A stretch of 64,000 nt of DNA from assembly GCA_030429235.1 (NCBI GenBank), contig JAUIDB010000001.1, positions 75,141 to 139,140 on the forward strand, in the 5' to 3' direction. The translations under genes were made by a program, and so were the position numbers. Shown in pieces: positions 18,318-28,546 of this stretch (its first letter is position 1; each line of letters opens with the position of its first letter). Source of the stretch: Thermoanaerobaculia bacterium. GTDB lineage: Bacteria; Acidobacteriota; Thermoanaerobaculia; Multivoradales; JAIOJS01. The notes beneath the pieces were generated by a model. It was not told where the DNA came from, searched no databases, and saw nothing but the letters and a program-made list of their open reading frames with translations.

Positions 18318-19100
18318 CTAGTCGTTGAGCGACCAGTCGTACTCGAGGTAGCGAACCCGCGGCTCCGGAGGCCACCGGAGGTCGGCCGGACCGAACCGCC
18401 GAAGATTGACCAGGACTCCTCCCGAGGCCTCGAAATCCTCCCCGAACCAGTCGAAGATCGACGAGGTCCAGACCGTCGACCCTTCGACCCGCAGCCCCTT
18501 GGTGGGGTTGGCGAGAAAGTCCATCATCGCCTGGTCCAGCTGATCATCGAGGTGGCTGGCGGTGAACGGCTTACGAGCGAGGTCCGGACAGCTGACCGAC
18601 GCGCACACGATCGCGGCGTGGATCCGGGGGTCCCCCAACGGACGCAGGATCTCGTGCTCGATCTGGTCGAGGGTATAGGTCTGCCCTCCGATCTGTCCCG
18701 CCGGGCGAGTCCAGACCCGACCGAAGAGACGGCCTCCGGCGTCCCGAATACTCTCCAGCGGCCAGTGGTCGACGACCATCTTGACCGCCAGAATGTTGTA
18801 GGCGTTGATCCACAGGGCCTTGGCCTCGACCTCCGACAGCGTGGCGGGATCGAGGAGCGCCAGCTGCTCCAGGGTGGCCCGATAGTCGGCGTCACCGCGC
18901 GCCACGGCCGCGTAGTCGAAGCGAGCAAGGTCCACTCCGTGCTTGCTGCCGGCCCGCAGATGAGCCTCGAGCACGCGAGCCCAGGCCGCTTCGAGGTCGG
19001 CGACGGACGAACGGTTCGCCGAGGAGGACGGCGAGCCGGTCAGGAAGAACAGCGCCAACAGCAGGGCAAGGGGACGGAGGAGGGAAGGAGTTCTAGACAT
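18318..19100 (-). CDS. DUF547-domain secreted protein
   Basis: Internal ATG 19100 gives a signal peptide (MSRTPSLLRPLALLLALFFLTGSPSSS). WINAYNILAVKMVVDHWP...TLDQIEHEILRPLGDPRIHAAIVCASVSCP matches the DUF547 pattern. Confidence 0.65.
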   Translation of the reverse strand: MSRTPSLLRPLALLLALFFLTGSPSSSANRSSVADLEAAWARVLEAHLRAGSKHGVDLARFDYAAVARGDADYRATLEQLALLDPATLSEVEAKALWINAYNILAVKMVVDHWPLESIRDAGGRLFGRVWTRPAGQIGGQTYTLDQIEHEILRPLGDPRIHAAIVCASVSCPDLARKPFTASHLDDQLDQAMMDFLANPTKGLRVEGSTVWTSSIFDWFGEDFEASGGVLVNLRRFGPADLRWPPEPRVRYLEYDWSLND

Positions 19101-19155
19101 CTCGTAACGGGTACGGACCACCTGGTGGTTCGGTTCAAGGGAGTCGCTGGTTGGC

Positions 19156-21093
19156 TCAGGCCGCCTCTTGGCCCCCCGTCGGAAGCAGCGGCGGCATCGG
19201 GCACTCGAGTCCATCGACTACGGCTCGCAGCAGCTCGCCCTCTTCTAGGGTCACTTGCCCATCGAAGCCGACCACCGCGGCGCAAGCCGCCACCAGCAGC
19301 CGTCGCTTCGGCAACGCCACCGTCAAGAGCTCGTCGAGGGCGGTATCGAGATGGCCGAAGTCACACTCGGGTTGGGGCCGCAGAGCCTGCAGGGGCATGC
19401 GCTCGCCGAGCTGTCGCCAGCCTGCCGCGAAGGCCTCGGCAGCCTCAGCCTCATCCTGATGACCGGCCCGAGCGAGTGCCGACAACAACCGCGCACACTC
19501 CCCGTCGACCGCCGGTAGGGCGTAGCGCTCGACCCGGCGTCGATCCTTCTGGGCCGAGTAGTGCGCCTCCAGATGGGTGCGCAGAGCGCGTCGCAGGCAG
19601 AACTCGAAGAGCGAGACCTCGTCGTCGGCCAGGATCAGCTGGTCGACTGTCGCCATCAGCTCGTCGTACTGCTCGCGGCTCTGCTGCCGCAACGACGGCA
19701 ACGCCAGATCGAGCACCGGTAGCCGACCGGTGGCCGGCAACTCGCGCAGTTGGTGCCAGGCGTCCCCGACCTCCCGACGCAACGAGCCGCCGGTCGGCAG
19801 GCGACCGAGCTGACGAGCCCGCACCCCTTCGCGCTCATCGAGCAGCAAGGCGAGCACGACGGCTCGGGCCCCGCTGCCGTGAACCAGGCCGTGGAGCGGC
19901 GGCGGTAGCGAGCTCAAGAAGGCCGAGGCGTAGGCCACCGTCGCGGGCGTGGGGTGCGCCACCGAAGCGACCACCGCCGCAGGAGCGACCACGGCCGGAC
20001 CGAGCAGGCCCTCGAGTCGCTCCAGCCCCGAGGTCGTCTCGCGCGGCGCAGGATCGGACTCGGCCGGCCGGCTCGCGGCGACCCGGTCGAAGCGGCCGTC
20101 GAACTGGGGATCGATGCGTCGAATGCGATCGGCCAGCGGTGGATGGGTGGCGAGCCATGAGGTCCAGGGCGCTCCCCGCCCCCGACTGAAGAGCAGGTGG
20201 CTGACCTCCTCCGCGTGAGCGCTCTCCAGCCGCGAGCCCTGGGCCACGGCGCCGATCCGTTTCAGGGCCCCGGCCACTCCGTCGGGGTTGCGCGTGAACT
20301 GCACGGCCGAGGCATCGGCCAGGTACTCTCGCTGGCGGGACACCGCACTCTTGATCATCCGACCGAAAAGGAGACCGATGCCCCCGATCACCCACACCGC
20401 CAGACCCACCAGGAGGACCGGCGAGCCCTTGCCGCGGCCGTTGCCCCGGCTGTTGCCCCCGAGGCGGAGAATCCAGTAGCCGATCAGCGAGAGCACCAGG
20501 ATTCCGTGCACGACCCCCATGAGGCGAAGGTTGAGGCGCATGTCACCGTTCAAGATGTGGCTGAACTCGTGCGCCACCACCCCCTGCAACTCGTCGCGCG
20601 AGAGCGTCTCCAGCGCACCCCGCGTGATGCCGATCGCGGCATCGTCGACCGAGAAGCCGGCCGCGAAGGCATTGATCCCGCGCTCCGCGTCGAGAAGGTA
20701 AACCTCGGGCACGGGAGTTCCCGAGGCGATGGCCATCTCCTCGACCACGTTGAGCAGTCGCTTCTCGGCGAGATCTTCGGTGGCCGAGTCGACCCGCCGG
20801 CCGCCCAGCGACGTGGCCACGCCGGCTCCTCCCCCTCGGCCGAGCGAGAAGATCTTCCACAGCGAACCCAGCGAGATGATGCCGACGGTGACGGACGATA
20901 CCCAGGCGAACACCTCTGGCCGCCACAACAGGGGGCCCAGCCCCGGCTGTTGCGGACGGATGTCGAAGTAGAGCAGCAGGCCGGTGGCCGCCAAGTAGAG
21001 CGCGGCCACCGTCGACAGCACCGCCGAAGCGAAGAGGAGGACCATCCGCCGCGTCCGGCGGCGGGCCGCATCCTGTTCCGAGAAAAAGTCCAC
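19156..21093 (-). CDS. M48-family (HtpX-like) zinc metallopeptidase with ~330-aa C-terminal extension
   Basis: 645 aa. It has N-terminal TM helices, an HExxH site (VVAHEFSHILNGD) and later REYLADASAVQFT. The C-terminal half is helical and ends in a TerB-like pattern (GFDGQVTLEEGELLRAVVDGL). Confidence 0.75.
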   Translation of the reverse strand: MDFFSEQDAARRRTRRMVLLFASAVLSTVAALYLAATGLLLYFDIRPQQPGLGPLLWRPEVFAWVSSVTVGIISLGSLWKIFSLGRGGGAGVATSLGGRRVDSATEDLAEKRLLNVVEEMAIASGTPVPEVYLLDAERGINAFAAGFSVDDAAIGITRGALETLSRDELQGVVAHEFSHILNGDMRLNLRLMGVVHGILVLSLIGYWILRLGGNSRGNGRGKGSPVLLVGLAVWVIGGIGLLFGRMIKSAVSRQREYLADASAVQFTRNPDGVAGALKRIGAVAQGSRLESAHAEEVSHLLFSRGRGAPWTSWLATHPPLADRIRRIDPQFDGRFDRVAASRPAESDPAPRETTSGLERLEGLLGPAVVAPAAVVASVAHPTPATVAYASAFLSSLPPPLHGLVHGSGARAVVLALLLDEREGVRARQLGRLPTGGSLRREVGDAWHQLRELPATGRLPVLDLALPSLRQQSREQYDELMATVDQLILADDEVSLFEFCLRRALRTHLEAHYSAQKDRRRVERYALPAVDGECARLLSALARAGHQDEAEAAEAFAAGWRQLGERMPLQALRPQPECDFGHLDTALDELLTVALPKRRLLVAACAAVVGFDGQVTLEEGELLRAVVDGLECPMPPLLPTGGQEAA

Positions 21094-21114
21094 CTGCGGG
21101 CTCGTCGGTACCGC

Positions 21115-21702
21115 TTAGAAGGAGACCTGGATCGCCTCGCGCTGTTCCGGTGCGTCGATCTCCCACAGCTGCGCCGGCCCAAAGCCGAACGAACCCGCGA
21201 AGAGGTTCGCCGGGAAACTCTCGCGGCCAATGTTGTAGGCGGTGGCCGCATCGTTGTAGCCCTGCCGCGAGAAGCTGATCTTGTTCTCGGTCGAAGTGAG
21301 CTCCTCCATCAGGCTCTCCATGGTGCGGTTGGCCTTCAGGTCGGGATAACTCTCGGCCAGAGCGAAGAGCCGCCCGAGAGCGCCCGACAGTCCCGCTTCG
21401 GCTCCGGCCAGCTGCTGCATGGCCTGGGGTTGGCCCGGGTGGGCGGCTGCGTTCTGCAGGCCCGACACGGCCTGGTTGCGCGCCGTGATCACCGCCTCCA
21501 GCGTCTCGCGTTCGTGCTTGAGATACCCCTTGGCCGTCTCCACGAGGTTGGGAATCAGGTCGTACCGGCGCTTGAGCTGCACATCGATCTGAGCGAACGC
21601 GTTCTGGTATCGGTTCCGGAGTGCCACCAGTTTGTTGTACACCCCCGCCGCCCACAGGCCGACGAGCACTACGATTCCGACGAGCACGAGAACTGGGATC
21701 AT
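21115..21702 (-). CDS. lemA: LemA family protein
   Basis: 195 aa. It has an N-terminal TM helix, then YNKLVALRNRYQNAFAQIDVQLKRRYDLIPNLVETAKGY..., which is typical of LemA. AAGGAGGAAG RBS upstream. Confidence 0.85.
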   Translation of the reverse strand: MIPVLVLVGIVVLVGLWAAGVYNKLVALRNRYQNAFAQIDVQLKRRYDLIPNLVETAKGYLKHERETLEAVITARNQAVSGLQNAAAHPGQPQAMQQLAGAEAGLSGALGRLFALAESYPDLKANRTMESLMEELTSTENKISFSRQGYNDAATAYNIGRESFPANLFAGSFGFGPAQLWEIDAPEQREAIQVSF

Positions 21703-21811
21703 TCCGACTTCCTCCTTGAGCAGTTTGGACGAATTGTAGCCCCGGTGGGCGGTCTCGACCCTCCCAACTCTCTACGCTTGCCGCCGTCGGTTTCTTCCTT
21801 CGTTCCCGGCC

Positions 21812-24800
21812 TCAGGCGTCGAGCACCGCCTTGATCTGGTGTTCGGCCACCGACAAGACCGAGAGATCGATCCGCTGGATTCCCTTCAGCTCCTCGAACA
21901 GGCGTTCCAAACGCTCGAGCTGGTACTCTCGCTCCTCGGACCAGGCCGACAGCGACTTGCGAACACTCTCCTGCCCCAGCTCCAGGACCTGGCGCGTGGC
22001 GCGCGACTGGTCGAGGTCGAGATCGGCACGCAGGGAGTCCAGGGCCGAGCGTTGCCAGCCGGTTTCGGCCCGCACCCGCCGCGAGGCCTTGCGCAAGCGA
22101 TCGATTCCCAGCCGGTCGCCCAACGTAAAGTAGATCCGCGCCACCTTCTCGACCGGTCGCTCGTCGAGTTCCGCCAGGAGCGAGATGTCCAGCCCCGCCG
22201 CGAGGGCTCGCAGCGAGGCCACGCGTGCCGCCAGGGCCGTAGGCACGCCCTGCCGATGGAACTCTCGCGTCCGCCGCTTGGTGTCGCGACGCGCCGCGGC
22301 CGAGAGCAGCGGTTCGAGCTCCTGTCCCAGCCGGCGCAAACCGGGCCGGAAGCGGTCGACCATGCCCGCGACGTCGAGGTGGCCCTCGAAGTGGCGCAAG
22401 AACCAGAGCGTCGAGTGCTCGGTCAACAGCCCGCTCTCGGCGAACAGCGCGTTCTGGATCTTCGCCGGCACCCGGTTGTCGAGCGCTTCGATTTCGTCCC
22501 AGACCTTCCTCAGATCGAAGGCGTCGCGAACCGTGGCGTAGGCGCGGGCGATCGCCGAAGCGGGTCTCCCGGTGGCTTGACCGAGGCGGTAGACGAAACT
22601 GGGCCCTACCCGATTGACCATCGAATTGGTGACGTAGGTGGCGATGATCTCGCGGCGCAGTCGATGGTTCTCGACCGCCTCTCCGAAACGCTCTCGCAAA
22701 GGCTGGGGGAAGTAGCGACGCAGGTCGTGGACCAGCCGCGGAGAGTCGGGCACGTTGGAGGCCAGCAGCTCGTCGTAGAGGTCGATCTTGGAGTAGGCCA
22801 GGAGCACCGCGAGTTCGGGACGGGTCAACCCCAGCCCGGCCGCCGCCCGGCGGGCCAACTCTTCGTCGTCGGGCAGGCCTTCGAGTTGGCGGTCGAGCCG
22901 TCCGGAGCGTTCGAAACTCCGCAACATGCGGGCGTGGTGGTCGAGCAGCTTGTCGGCCCGCTCCTGGGCCAGGGTCAGGGCCTGGGTCTGAAGGTAGTTG
23001 TGGCGCAGCACGAGGTCGCCGACTTCGTCGGTCATCTGTTCCAACAGCTGGTTGCGCTCGGCGAGAGGCAGCTCTCCCGAAGCCACCGCCGGCCGGAGGG
23101 CGATCTTGATGTTGACCTCGTGGTCCGAGCAGTCGACGCCACCCGAGTTGTCGATGGCATCGCTGTTGACCCGACCTCCGGCCAGCGCGTACTCGATCCG
23201 CGCTGCCTGGGTCATTCCCAGGTTGGCCCCTTCGCCCACCACCTGGCAACGCAGGCGTGTCGCATCGACGCGCAGGTGATCGTTGGCTCGGTCGCCGACC
23301 TCGGCGTGGCGCTCGCCGGTCGCCTTGACGAAGGTGCCGATGCCGCCGAACCAGAGGAGGTCGACGGAGGCGGTCAACAGCGTCTGGATCAGTTCGTTGG
23401 GCGTCATCTTGCGCCGCTCCACCCCGAGGCGCCGTTGCATCGCTTCCGACAGCTCGACCGACTTCGCGCTGCGCTCGTAGATCGCTCCCCCGGGTGAGAG
23501 GACCTTCCGGTCGTAGTCGAGCCAGCTCGAACGGGGGAGCTCGAAGAGGCGCTTGCGCTCAGCGTGCGAGCGCGCAGGGTCGGGGTCCGGGTCGACGAAG
23601 ATATGGAGGTGATTGAAAGCCCCGACCAGTTGCGTGTGCGCTGACAGCAGCATGCCGTTGCCGAACACGTCGCCGCTCATGTCACCAACCCCCACGGCGG
23701 TGAACGGCTCCTCCTGGATGTTGGTCCCGATCTCGCGGAAGTGCCGCTTGACCGCCTCCCAGCCTCCGCGCGCGGTGATTCCCATCTTCTTGTGGTCATA
23801 CCCCGCCGAGCCGCCCGAGGCGAAAGCGTCGCCCAGCCAGAAGCCGTACTCGGCCGAGACCGCGTTGGCGATGTCGGAGAAGGTCGCCGTGCCCTTGTCG
23901 GCCGCCACCACCAGATAGGTGTCGTCCTCGTCACGCCGCACCACCAGGGGCGGTGGCACCACGGTGTCGCCGTCGAGATTGTCGGTCACGTCGAGCATCC
24001 CTCGAATGAGGGTCTTGTAACACTCGATCCCTTCGGCGACGAAGGCCTCGCGCCCGCCGGTGGTGGGCGGCTGGGAGACGACGAACCCACCCTTGGCTCC
24101 GACCGGCACGATCACGGCGTTCTTGACCATTTGCGCCTTGAGCAGGCCGAGGATCTCGGTGCGAAAGTCCTCGCGACGATCGGACCAGCGGATGCCGCCG
24201 CGCGCCACGTCGCCGCCGCGCAGATGCACTCCCTCCATGCGCGGCGAGTAGACGAAGATCTCGCGCCGCGGACGCGGTTCGGGCAACAGTCGCAGACCGC
24301 GCGAATCGAGCTTGATCGACACGTACGGTTTCGGCTTGCCGTCCTCCCCGTGCTGGTAGAAGTTGGTCCGCTGGGTGGCCTTGATCACCGCCAGGAAGGA
24401 GCGCAGGATTCGATCTTCGTCGAGGATCGCCACCTCTTCCAACTCGGCGCGAATCTCGGCCAGTACGGCGGCGGCCCGCGAGCGGAACGCGTCGCGGTCC
24501 GAGGGGTCGAAGAGGATCTCGAACAGTCGCCAGAGACGTTTCGATACACCGACGTGTTCGACGAGAGTGCGGGCCATGTAGCGTTGGGAGAAGGTCACTC
24601 CCGCCTGGCGCAAGAACCGGCTGTAGGTCCGCAGCACGGTGACCTGGCGCCAGCTGAAGCCTCCTTTGAGGACCAACCGGTTGAGGTTGCCGTCCTCGAA
24701 GTCCCCCCGCCATACGCGGCGCACAGTCTCCTCGAAGCTCGCCTTGATCTCCCGGTACGGGATCTCCGAGCCGTCGGGCGATCGCAGCTCGAAGTCGTGG

Positions 24801-26608
24801 ACCCAGACCGGCTTGCCGCCTGGAACCTTGACCTTGAAGGGCATCTCGGACTCGACCCGCACCCCGAGGTTCTCCAGGGTTGGCAAGGCCTCGGAGAGGG
24901 CGAGGTGCTGCCCCCGGCGATAGAGCTTGAGCCTCATCCCGTCGGAACCGATCCCGGGAGGCCGGTAGAGCCGCACCTCGAGGTCGTTGTCGGCGCTCTG
25001 GAGGTCCTCGAGGATCTTGATGTCGGGAACGGCCGCCTTGGCCGGGTAGTACTCTCGGTACGACGCCGGAAAGGCCTCCTCGAAACGGCGGGCCAGGGAC
25101 GCCGCCTCGTCACCTCGGCGCGCCTCCAGGTGCTCGCGCAGATGCTCGCCCCAGCTGCGGGCATCGCGGCGCAAGAGCGCTTCCAGCTGTTTGAGGTCGA
25201 CCTCGGGGATCTCGCCCGGGGTCGTCTTGACGATGTAGTGGACGCGAGCCAGCGGGGTGTCGGTCATCTGGGTGTAGAACGCCGTCACCTTGCCGCCGAA
25301 TGCGCTCTCGAGGCGCCGCTGGATCTGTTCTCGCAGGTTGTAGGTGAAGCGGTTGCGGGGCACGTACACCAGGCAGGAGGCGAAACGTCCGAAGTCGTCG
25401 AGCCGCACGAACAGGGCCAGACGGGGACGCTGCTGGAGCTGCATGATGCCCAGCGCCATGCCGAGGAAGTCCTCCTCGTCGATCTGGAACAGCTCATCGC
25501 GGGGAAAGCTCTCGATGATGTGGCCCAGCGCCTTGGCGTCGTGGCTGCCGCGGGCGAAGCCGGATGCCTTCATCAGCCGCTCGGCCTTGCGCCGCAGCAC
25601 CGGGATCTCGGCCACACTCGAGCTGTAGACCGAGGAGGTGAACAGCCCGACGAAACGGTCCTCGCCGACCACGTTGCCCCGCGCATCGAATCTCCGCACC
25701 CCGACCGCATCCATATGGACGCTGCGGTGCACCCGAGAGCGACGTGACGACTTGGTGATGGTCAGCAGTCGCTGCTGGTCGATCGACTGGATGAGTCGCG
25801 CCGGCAGGGGCGTCGCGCTCCGCCGTTTGGACTCTTCGCTCTCGCTGCGCAGCAGACCGAGACCACTGCCCGAGACGAGACGCTGAAAGCTCTCGTCTCC
25901 CCGCTCGAAGCGGTAGCTGCGAAACCCGAGGAAGGTGTAGTGGTTGTCGAGCAGCCATTCGAGCAGGGCCACCGCCTCCCGGCGGTCGGCGTCGGGCACC
26001 GGCAGTGCCGCCGTCCCCAGCTCCTCTACCGCCTGCCGGGCTCGGTCCTGCATCGGCTGCCAATCGTCCACCGCCTGACGCACTTCGGCCAGAACCTCGG
26101 CCAGTTGGCCTTCGAGTCGAGAGAGCGACCGGCGTCCGCCATCGCGTTCCAACTCGATGTGCATCCACGACTCGGCCGGACCCTCCTCGGAGAACCCGAC
26201 CAGCGAACCATCGTCCCGCCGCTCGACCCGAAAGATCGGGTGGAGCACCCGGCGGATCCGCTGTTTGCGGAGATGGAGTTCACCCGACAGGGAGGCCAGC
26301 AGGAAGGGCATGTCGTCGTTGACGATCTGCACCACCGAGAGGCCCCGCCCGCCGTCGCCTTCCGGGCTGAAGCTACGAATCTCGGCGACGCCCGGCGCTC
26401 GGTTCTGCGCCATCCGATAGAGCTCCGCCAGAGCCTCGGCCGTTCGCTCCAACGGCTGTTCCGCCAACTCGGTCTCCGGAATCGGGGCAAAGGCGCCGTC
26501 CACCAGAGCCTCGGCGGGCACGTCGGGATAGTCCTCCAGATGGCGGCGCAGGGCGGCGATGAGGTGAACGCGAAACTCTTCGCGCGACAGTAGCTCGGAA
26601 TCTTCCAT
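21812..26608 (-). CDS. gdhB: Large NAD-specific glutamate dehydrogenase (~180 kDa class)
   Basis: ORF 21812..26689. ATG 26608 (MEDSELLSREEF) is preferred, after GAGAGG. The ~1600-aa length and blocks such as VPRNRFTYNLREQI, GGIRWSDRREDFRTEILGL.KAQ.VKNAVIVPVGAKGGFV and YDHKKMGITARGAWE-like are characteristic of Bac_GDH enzymes. Confidence 0.85.
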   Translation of the reverse strand: MEDSELLSREEFRVHLIAALRRHLEDYPDVPAEALVDGAFAPIPETELAEQPLERTAEALAELYRMAQNRAPGVAEIRSFSPEGDGGRGLSVVQIVNDDMPFLLASLSGELHLRKQRIRRVLHPIFRVERRDDGSLVGFSEEGPAESWMHIELERDGGRRSLSRLEGQLAEVLAEVRQAVDDWQPMQDRARQAVEELGTAALPVPDADRREAVALLEWLLDNHYTFLGFRSYRFERGDESFQRLVSGSGLGLLRSESEESKRRSATPLPARLIQSIDQQRLLTITKSSRRSRVHRSVHMDAVGVRRFDARGNVVGEDRFVGLFTSSVYSSSVAEIPVLRRKAERLMKASGFARGSHDAKALGHIIESFPRDELFQIDEEDFLGMALGIMQLQQRPRLALFVRLDDFGRFASCLVYVPRNRFTYNLREQIQRRLESAFGGKVTAFYTQMTDTPLARVHYIVKTTPGEIPEVDLKQLEALLRRDARSWGEHLREHLEARRGDEAASLARRFEEAFPASYREYYPAKAAVPDIKILEDLQSADNDLEVRLYRPPGIGSDGMRLKLYRRGQHLALSEALPTLENLGVRVESEMPFKVKVPGGKPVWVHDFELRSPDGSEIPYREIKASFEETVRRVWRGDFEDGNLNRLVLKGGFSWRQVTVLRTYSRFLRQAGVTFSQRYMARTLVEHVGVSKRLWRLFEILFDPSDRDAFRSRAAAVLAEIRAELEEVAILDEDRILRSFLAVIKATQRTNFYQHGEDGKPKPYVSIKLDSRGLRLLPEPRPRREIFVYSPRMEGVHLRGGDVARGGIRWSDRREDFRTEILGLLKAQMVKNAVIVPVGAKGGFVVSQPPTTGGREAFVAEGIECYKTLIRGMLDVTDNLDGDTVVPPPLVVRRDEDDTYLVVAADKGTATFSDIANAVSAEYGFWLGDAFASGGSAGYDHKKMGITARGGWEAVKRHFREIGTNIQEEPFTAVGVGDMSGDVFGNGMLLSAHTQLVGAFNHLHIFVDPDPDPARSHAERKRLFELPRSSWLDYDRKVLSPGGAIYERSAKSVELSEAMQRRLGVERRKMTPNELIQTLLTASVDLLWFGGIGTFVKATGERHAEVGDRANDHLRVDATRLRCQVVGEGANLGMTQAARIEYALAGGRVNSDAIDNSGGVDCSDHEVNIKIALRPAVASGELPLAERNQLLEQMTDEVGDLVLRHNYLQTQALTLAQERADKLLDHHARMLRSFERSGRLDRQLEGLPDDEELARRAAAGLGLTRPELAVLLAYSKIDLYDELLASNVPDSPRLVHDLRRYFPQPLRERFGEAVENHRLRREIIATYVTNSMVNRVGPSFVYRLGQATGRPASAIARAYATVRDAFDLRKVWDEIEALDNRVPAKIQNALFAESGLLTEHSTLWFLRHFEGHLDVAGMVDRFRPGLRRLGQELEPLLSAAARRDTKRRTREFHRQGVPTALAARVASLRALAAGLDISLLAELDERPVEKVARIYFTLGDRLGIDRLRKASRRVRAETGWQRSALDSLRADLDLDQSRATRQVLELGQESVRKSLSAWSEEREYQLERLERLFEELKGIQRIDLSVLSVAEHQIKAVLDA

Positions 26609-26709
26609 GGTGCACCTCTCTGGGGGGCGGATCGCCCGGGGCCGATCGGTGCCGAAAGCGTACCCCAGGTTGGCGCGCGGTGACACCACTCGTCCGGTAG
26701 CATCGGCGC

Positions 26710-27744
26710 GTGATGGCTCGGCTCTCCCCTTCCCCTGGATCCGGCCCGCGGCGCCGGCGCGGCGGGCGCCACCGTTCGCTGCTCGCGGCCCTGGTCCTCA
26801 CGGTCACGCTCTGCGGCACCCCCACGACACGGGCCCAGACGACCCTGTCGCTGGAGATCACAGCCGCCGAGGGGTTCGCCGCCGAGGCCCGGGCGCTGGG
26901 CGGCCGTTCGGCCGAGCGGCACCAGACCCTGGCCCGATTCGTCGGTCTCGAGGAACCGGGGCCGGCCATCGCCGTGCAACTGGTCGACGAGGCGCACCCG
27001 GTCGCCCGGCAGACCGCTCATTGGATCTCGGGCTTTGCCGTCCCCGACCGCGACCTGACCGTCCTCTTTCCGGCTCGGGTCCCGGTCTATCCCCACGACT
27101 CTCTGCAGGAGCTGCTCGACCACGAGCTCCTGCACATCTTCCTCCACCGTTCGGTGGGCGGAAGACCGGTGCCCCGGTGGTTCTCGGAAGGGGTCGCCCT
27201 GGTCGGCTCTCGGGGCCTGTCGCTGACCGACCGGGGACAGGCCCTGGTGGGAGGAGTGCGGGGTGGCCCAAGGGACGTGGCCTCGCTCGAACGGTACTTC
27301 CGCACCGATCGGCGTGGCTCCCATACCGCCTACGCCCTCTCCGGTGCTTTTGTCCACCACCTCACCCAGCGGCACGGTGCGGGGTGGATCGGAGACCTGA
27401 CCCGAGCGATGCGCACTGGCGCCTCCTTCGACGTTGCGCTCGAGATCGCTCTCTCCGAGCCGATCGAGGTCGCGGAGGGACGCTTCTTCCGTCGTTCCCG
27501 ACTGCTCTATACCTGGCTGCCCTGGCTGTCGAGCGGCGCCGGCCTGTGGGTCCTGGTGACCGCACTGGCCCTGGTCGCCGGACGCCGCAACCGGCGGCGC
27601 ACCGCGGCGATCGAGGCGCGCTGGGAGGCCGAGGAACGCCGGCGCGAGGCGCTCGCGGCCGCGGCGCAGGAACTTCACGAGCGCACCGAACGGGAGGGTC
27701 GGAGCGACCCGGGCGACGAACCACCACAGCACTGGGTGCACTGA
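26710..27744 (+). CDS. Putative secreted/membrane-anchored HExxH metallopeptidase-like protein
   Basis: 344 aa. It has a signal-like N-terminus (RSLLAALVLTVTLCGTPTTRAQ), an HExxH site (LLDHELLHIFLH), a C-terminal TM helix (WLSSGAGLWVLVTALALVAG) and a charged tail. Family uncertain. Confidence 0.45.
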   Translation: MMARLSPSPGSGPRRRRGGRHRSLLAALVLTVTLCGTPTTRAQTTLSLEITAAEGFAAEARALGGRSAERHQTLARFVGLEEPGPAIAVQLVDEAHPVARQTAHWISGFAVPDRDLTVLFPARVPVYPHDSLQELLDHELLHIFLHRSVGGRPVPRWFSEGVALVGSRGLSLTDRGQALVGGVRGGPRDVASLERYFRTDRRGSHTAYALSGAFVHHLTQRHGAGWIGDLTRAMRTGASFDVALEIALSEPIEVAEGRFFRRSRLLYTWLPWLSSGAGLWVLVTALALVAGRRNRRRTAAIEARWEAEERRREALAAAAQELHERTEREGRSDPGDEPPQHWVH

Positions 27745-27918
27745 CCGGGGGATCCCCGGCCCGCTCGTCGCGAAGTCACACGATCCCGGGTGCCGCTCGG
27801 GTCTCGGGCGGTACCGGGTCGGCTACTCGGCGGCCCGCCCCCGGGTTAGGATGAAGCCTCGCTTCACCCCTCGGATCCGACGATCGATCACGTGGATCCC
27901 ACTCTGGAAGGAGAGACC

Positions 27919-28170
27919 ATGAGCCTCGAGAGCCTCCTCGTAACCCTGATCATCGGCGCCATCGCCGGATGGCTGGCCGGTGTCCTGATGAAGGGCGGCG
28001 GCTTTGGACTGATCGGCGACATCGTCGTGGGAATCGTCGGTGCCTTCGTCGGCGGCTGGCTCTTCGGGCTCCTGGGGTGGTCGCTCGCGGGAGTCGTCGG
28101 CTCCATCGTGACCGCGACGGTGGGAGCGATGGTGCTGCTCTTCCTGATCCGGCTCGTCAAGAGGTCCTGA
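27919..28170 (+). CDS. GlsB/YeaQ/YmgE-family (transglycosylase-associated) small membrane protein
   Basis: ATG 27919 after GGAAGGAGAG. The Gly-zipper TM pattern IIGAIAGWLAGVLMKGGGFGLIGDIVVGIVGAFVGGWLFGLLG is present. Confidence 0.8.
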   Translation: MSLESLLVTLIIGAIAGWLAGVLMKGGGFGLIGDIVVGIVGAFVGGWLFGLLGWSLAGVVGSIVTATVGAMVLLFLIRLVKRS

Positions 28171-28182
28171 CGCCGCTCCGAC

Positions 28183-28518
28183 TCACTCCGGCGTCGGCGC
28201 CTCGGGGCGCGGACGGTAGAGCACCACCAGGTGCCCGATCCGTTGCACGGTGGCGGCTCCGAGCCGGGCCTCGAGTTGACCGACGTCGGCGTCCTTGTCG
28301 ACCCGTGAGCCCGCCAGTCGGACCTTGATCAGTCCATGGGCGGTCAGGGCCCGGTCGACCTCGGCCACCAGACCATCGGTCAATCCACGCTGCCCGAGCT
28401 GTACGACGGGGTCGAGGTCGTGCGCCGCCCCCCGGAGGCGTCGTTTGTCCGCCCCCGACAGGGGAAGCTGAGGGGCTGGGGAAGGAAGGCGAGGTGACGA
28501 CGAGCGCTGGGCAGACAT
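28183..28518 (-). CDS. yhbY: YhbY-like CRM-domain RNA-binding protein
   Basis: 111 aa. LSGADKRRLRGAAHDLDPVVQLGQRGLTDGLVAEVDRALTAHGLIKVRL...IGHLVVLYRP matches the CRS1/YhbY fold pattern. Confidence 0.75.
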   Translation of the reverse strand: MSAQRSSSPRLPSPAPQLPLSGADKRRLRGAAHDLDPVVQLGQRGLTDGLVAEVDRALTAHGLIKVRLAGSRVDKDADVGQLEARLGAATVQRIGHLVVLYRPRPEAPTPE

Positions 28519-28546
28519 GGCCAGAGTCTACCGCGGCGAAGGTCGC

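Noticed and set aside
18552-21834. Two 545-aa plus-strand ORFs (18552..20189, 20197..21834)
   Set aside because: They run antisense to the DUF547, M48 peptidase and LemA genes. Their composition is dominated by R/P/A/G, and no motifs were found.
21699-25747. Several 500-670-aa ORFs (21699..23249 minus in another frame; 21839..23497 and 23741..25747 plus)
   Set aside because: All overlap the 1.6-k-aa NAD-glutamate dehydrogenase gene, whose frame carries the family motifs. Their translations are low-complexity Arg/Gly/Pro sequences.
27746-27760. Hairpin CCGGGG-gat-CCCCGG right after the 26710..27744 stop as an intrinsic terminator
   Set aside because: It is a 6-bp stem with a 3-nt loop and no following T-run. 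Similar GC palindromes are expected by chance in this composition.
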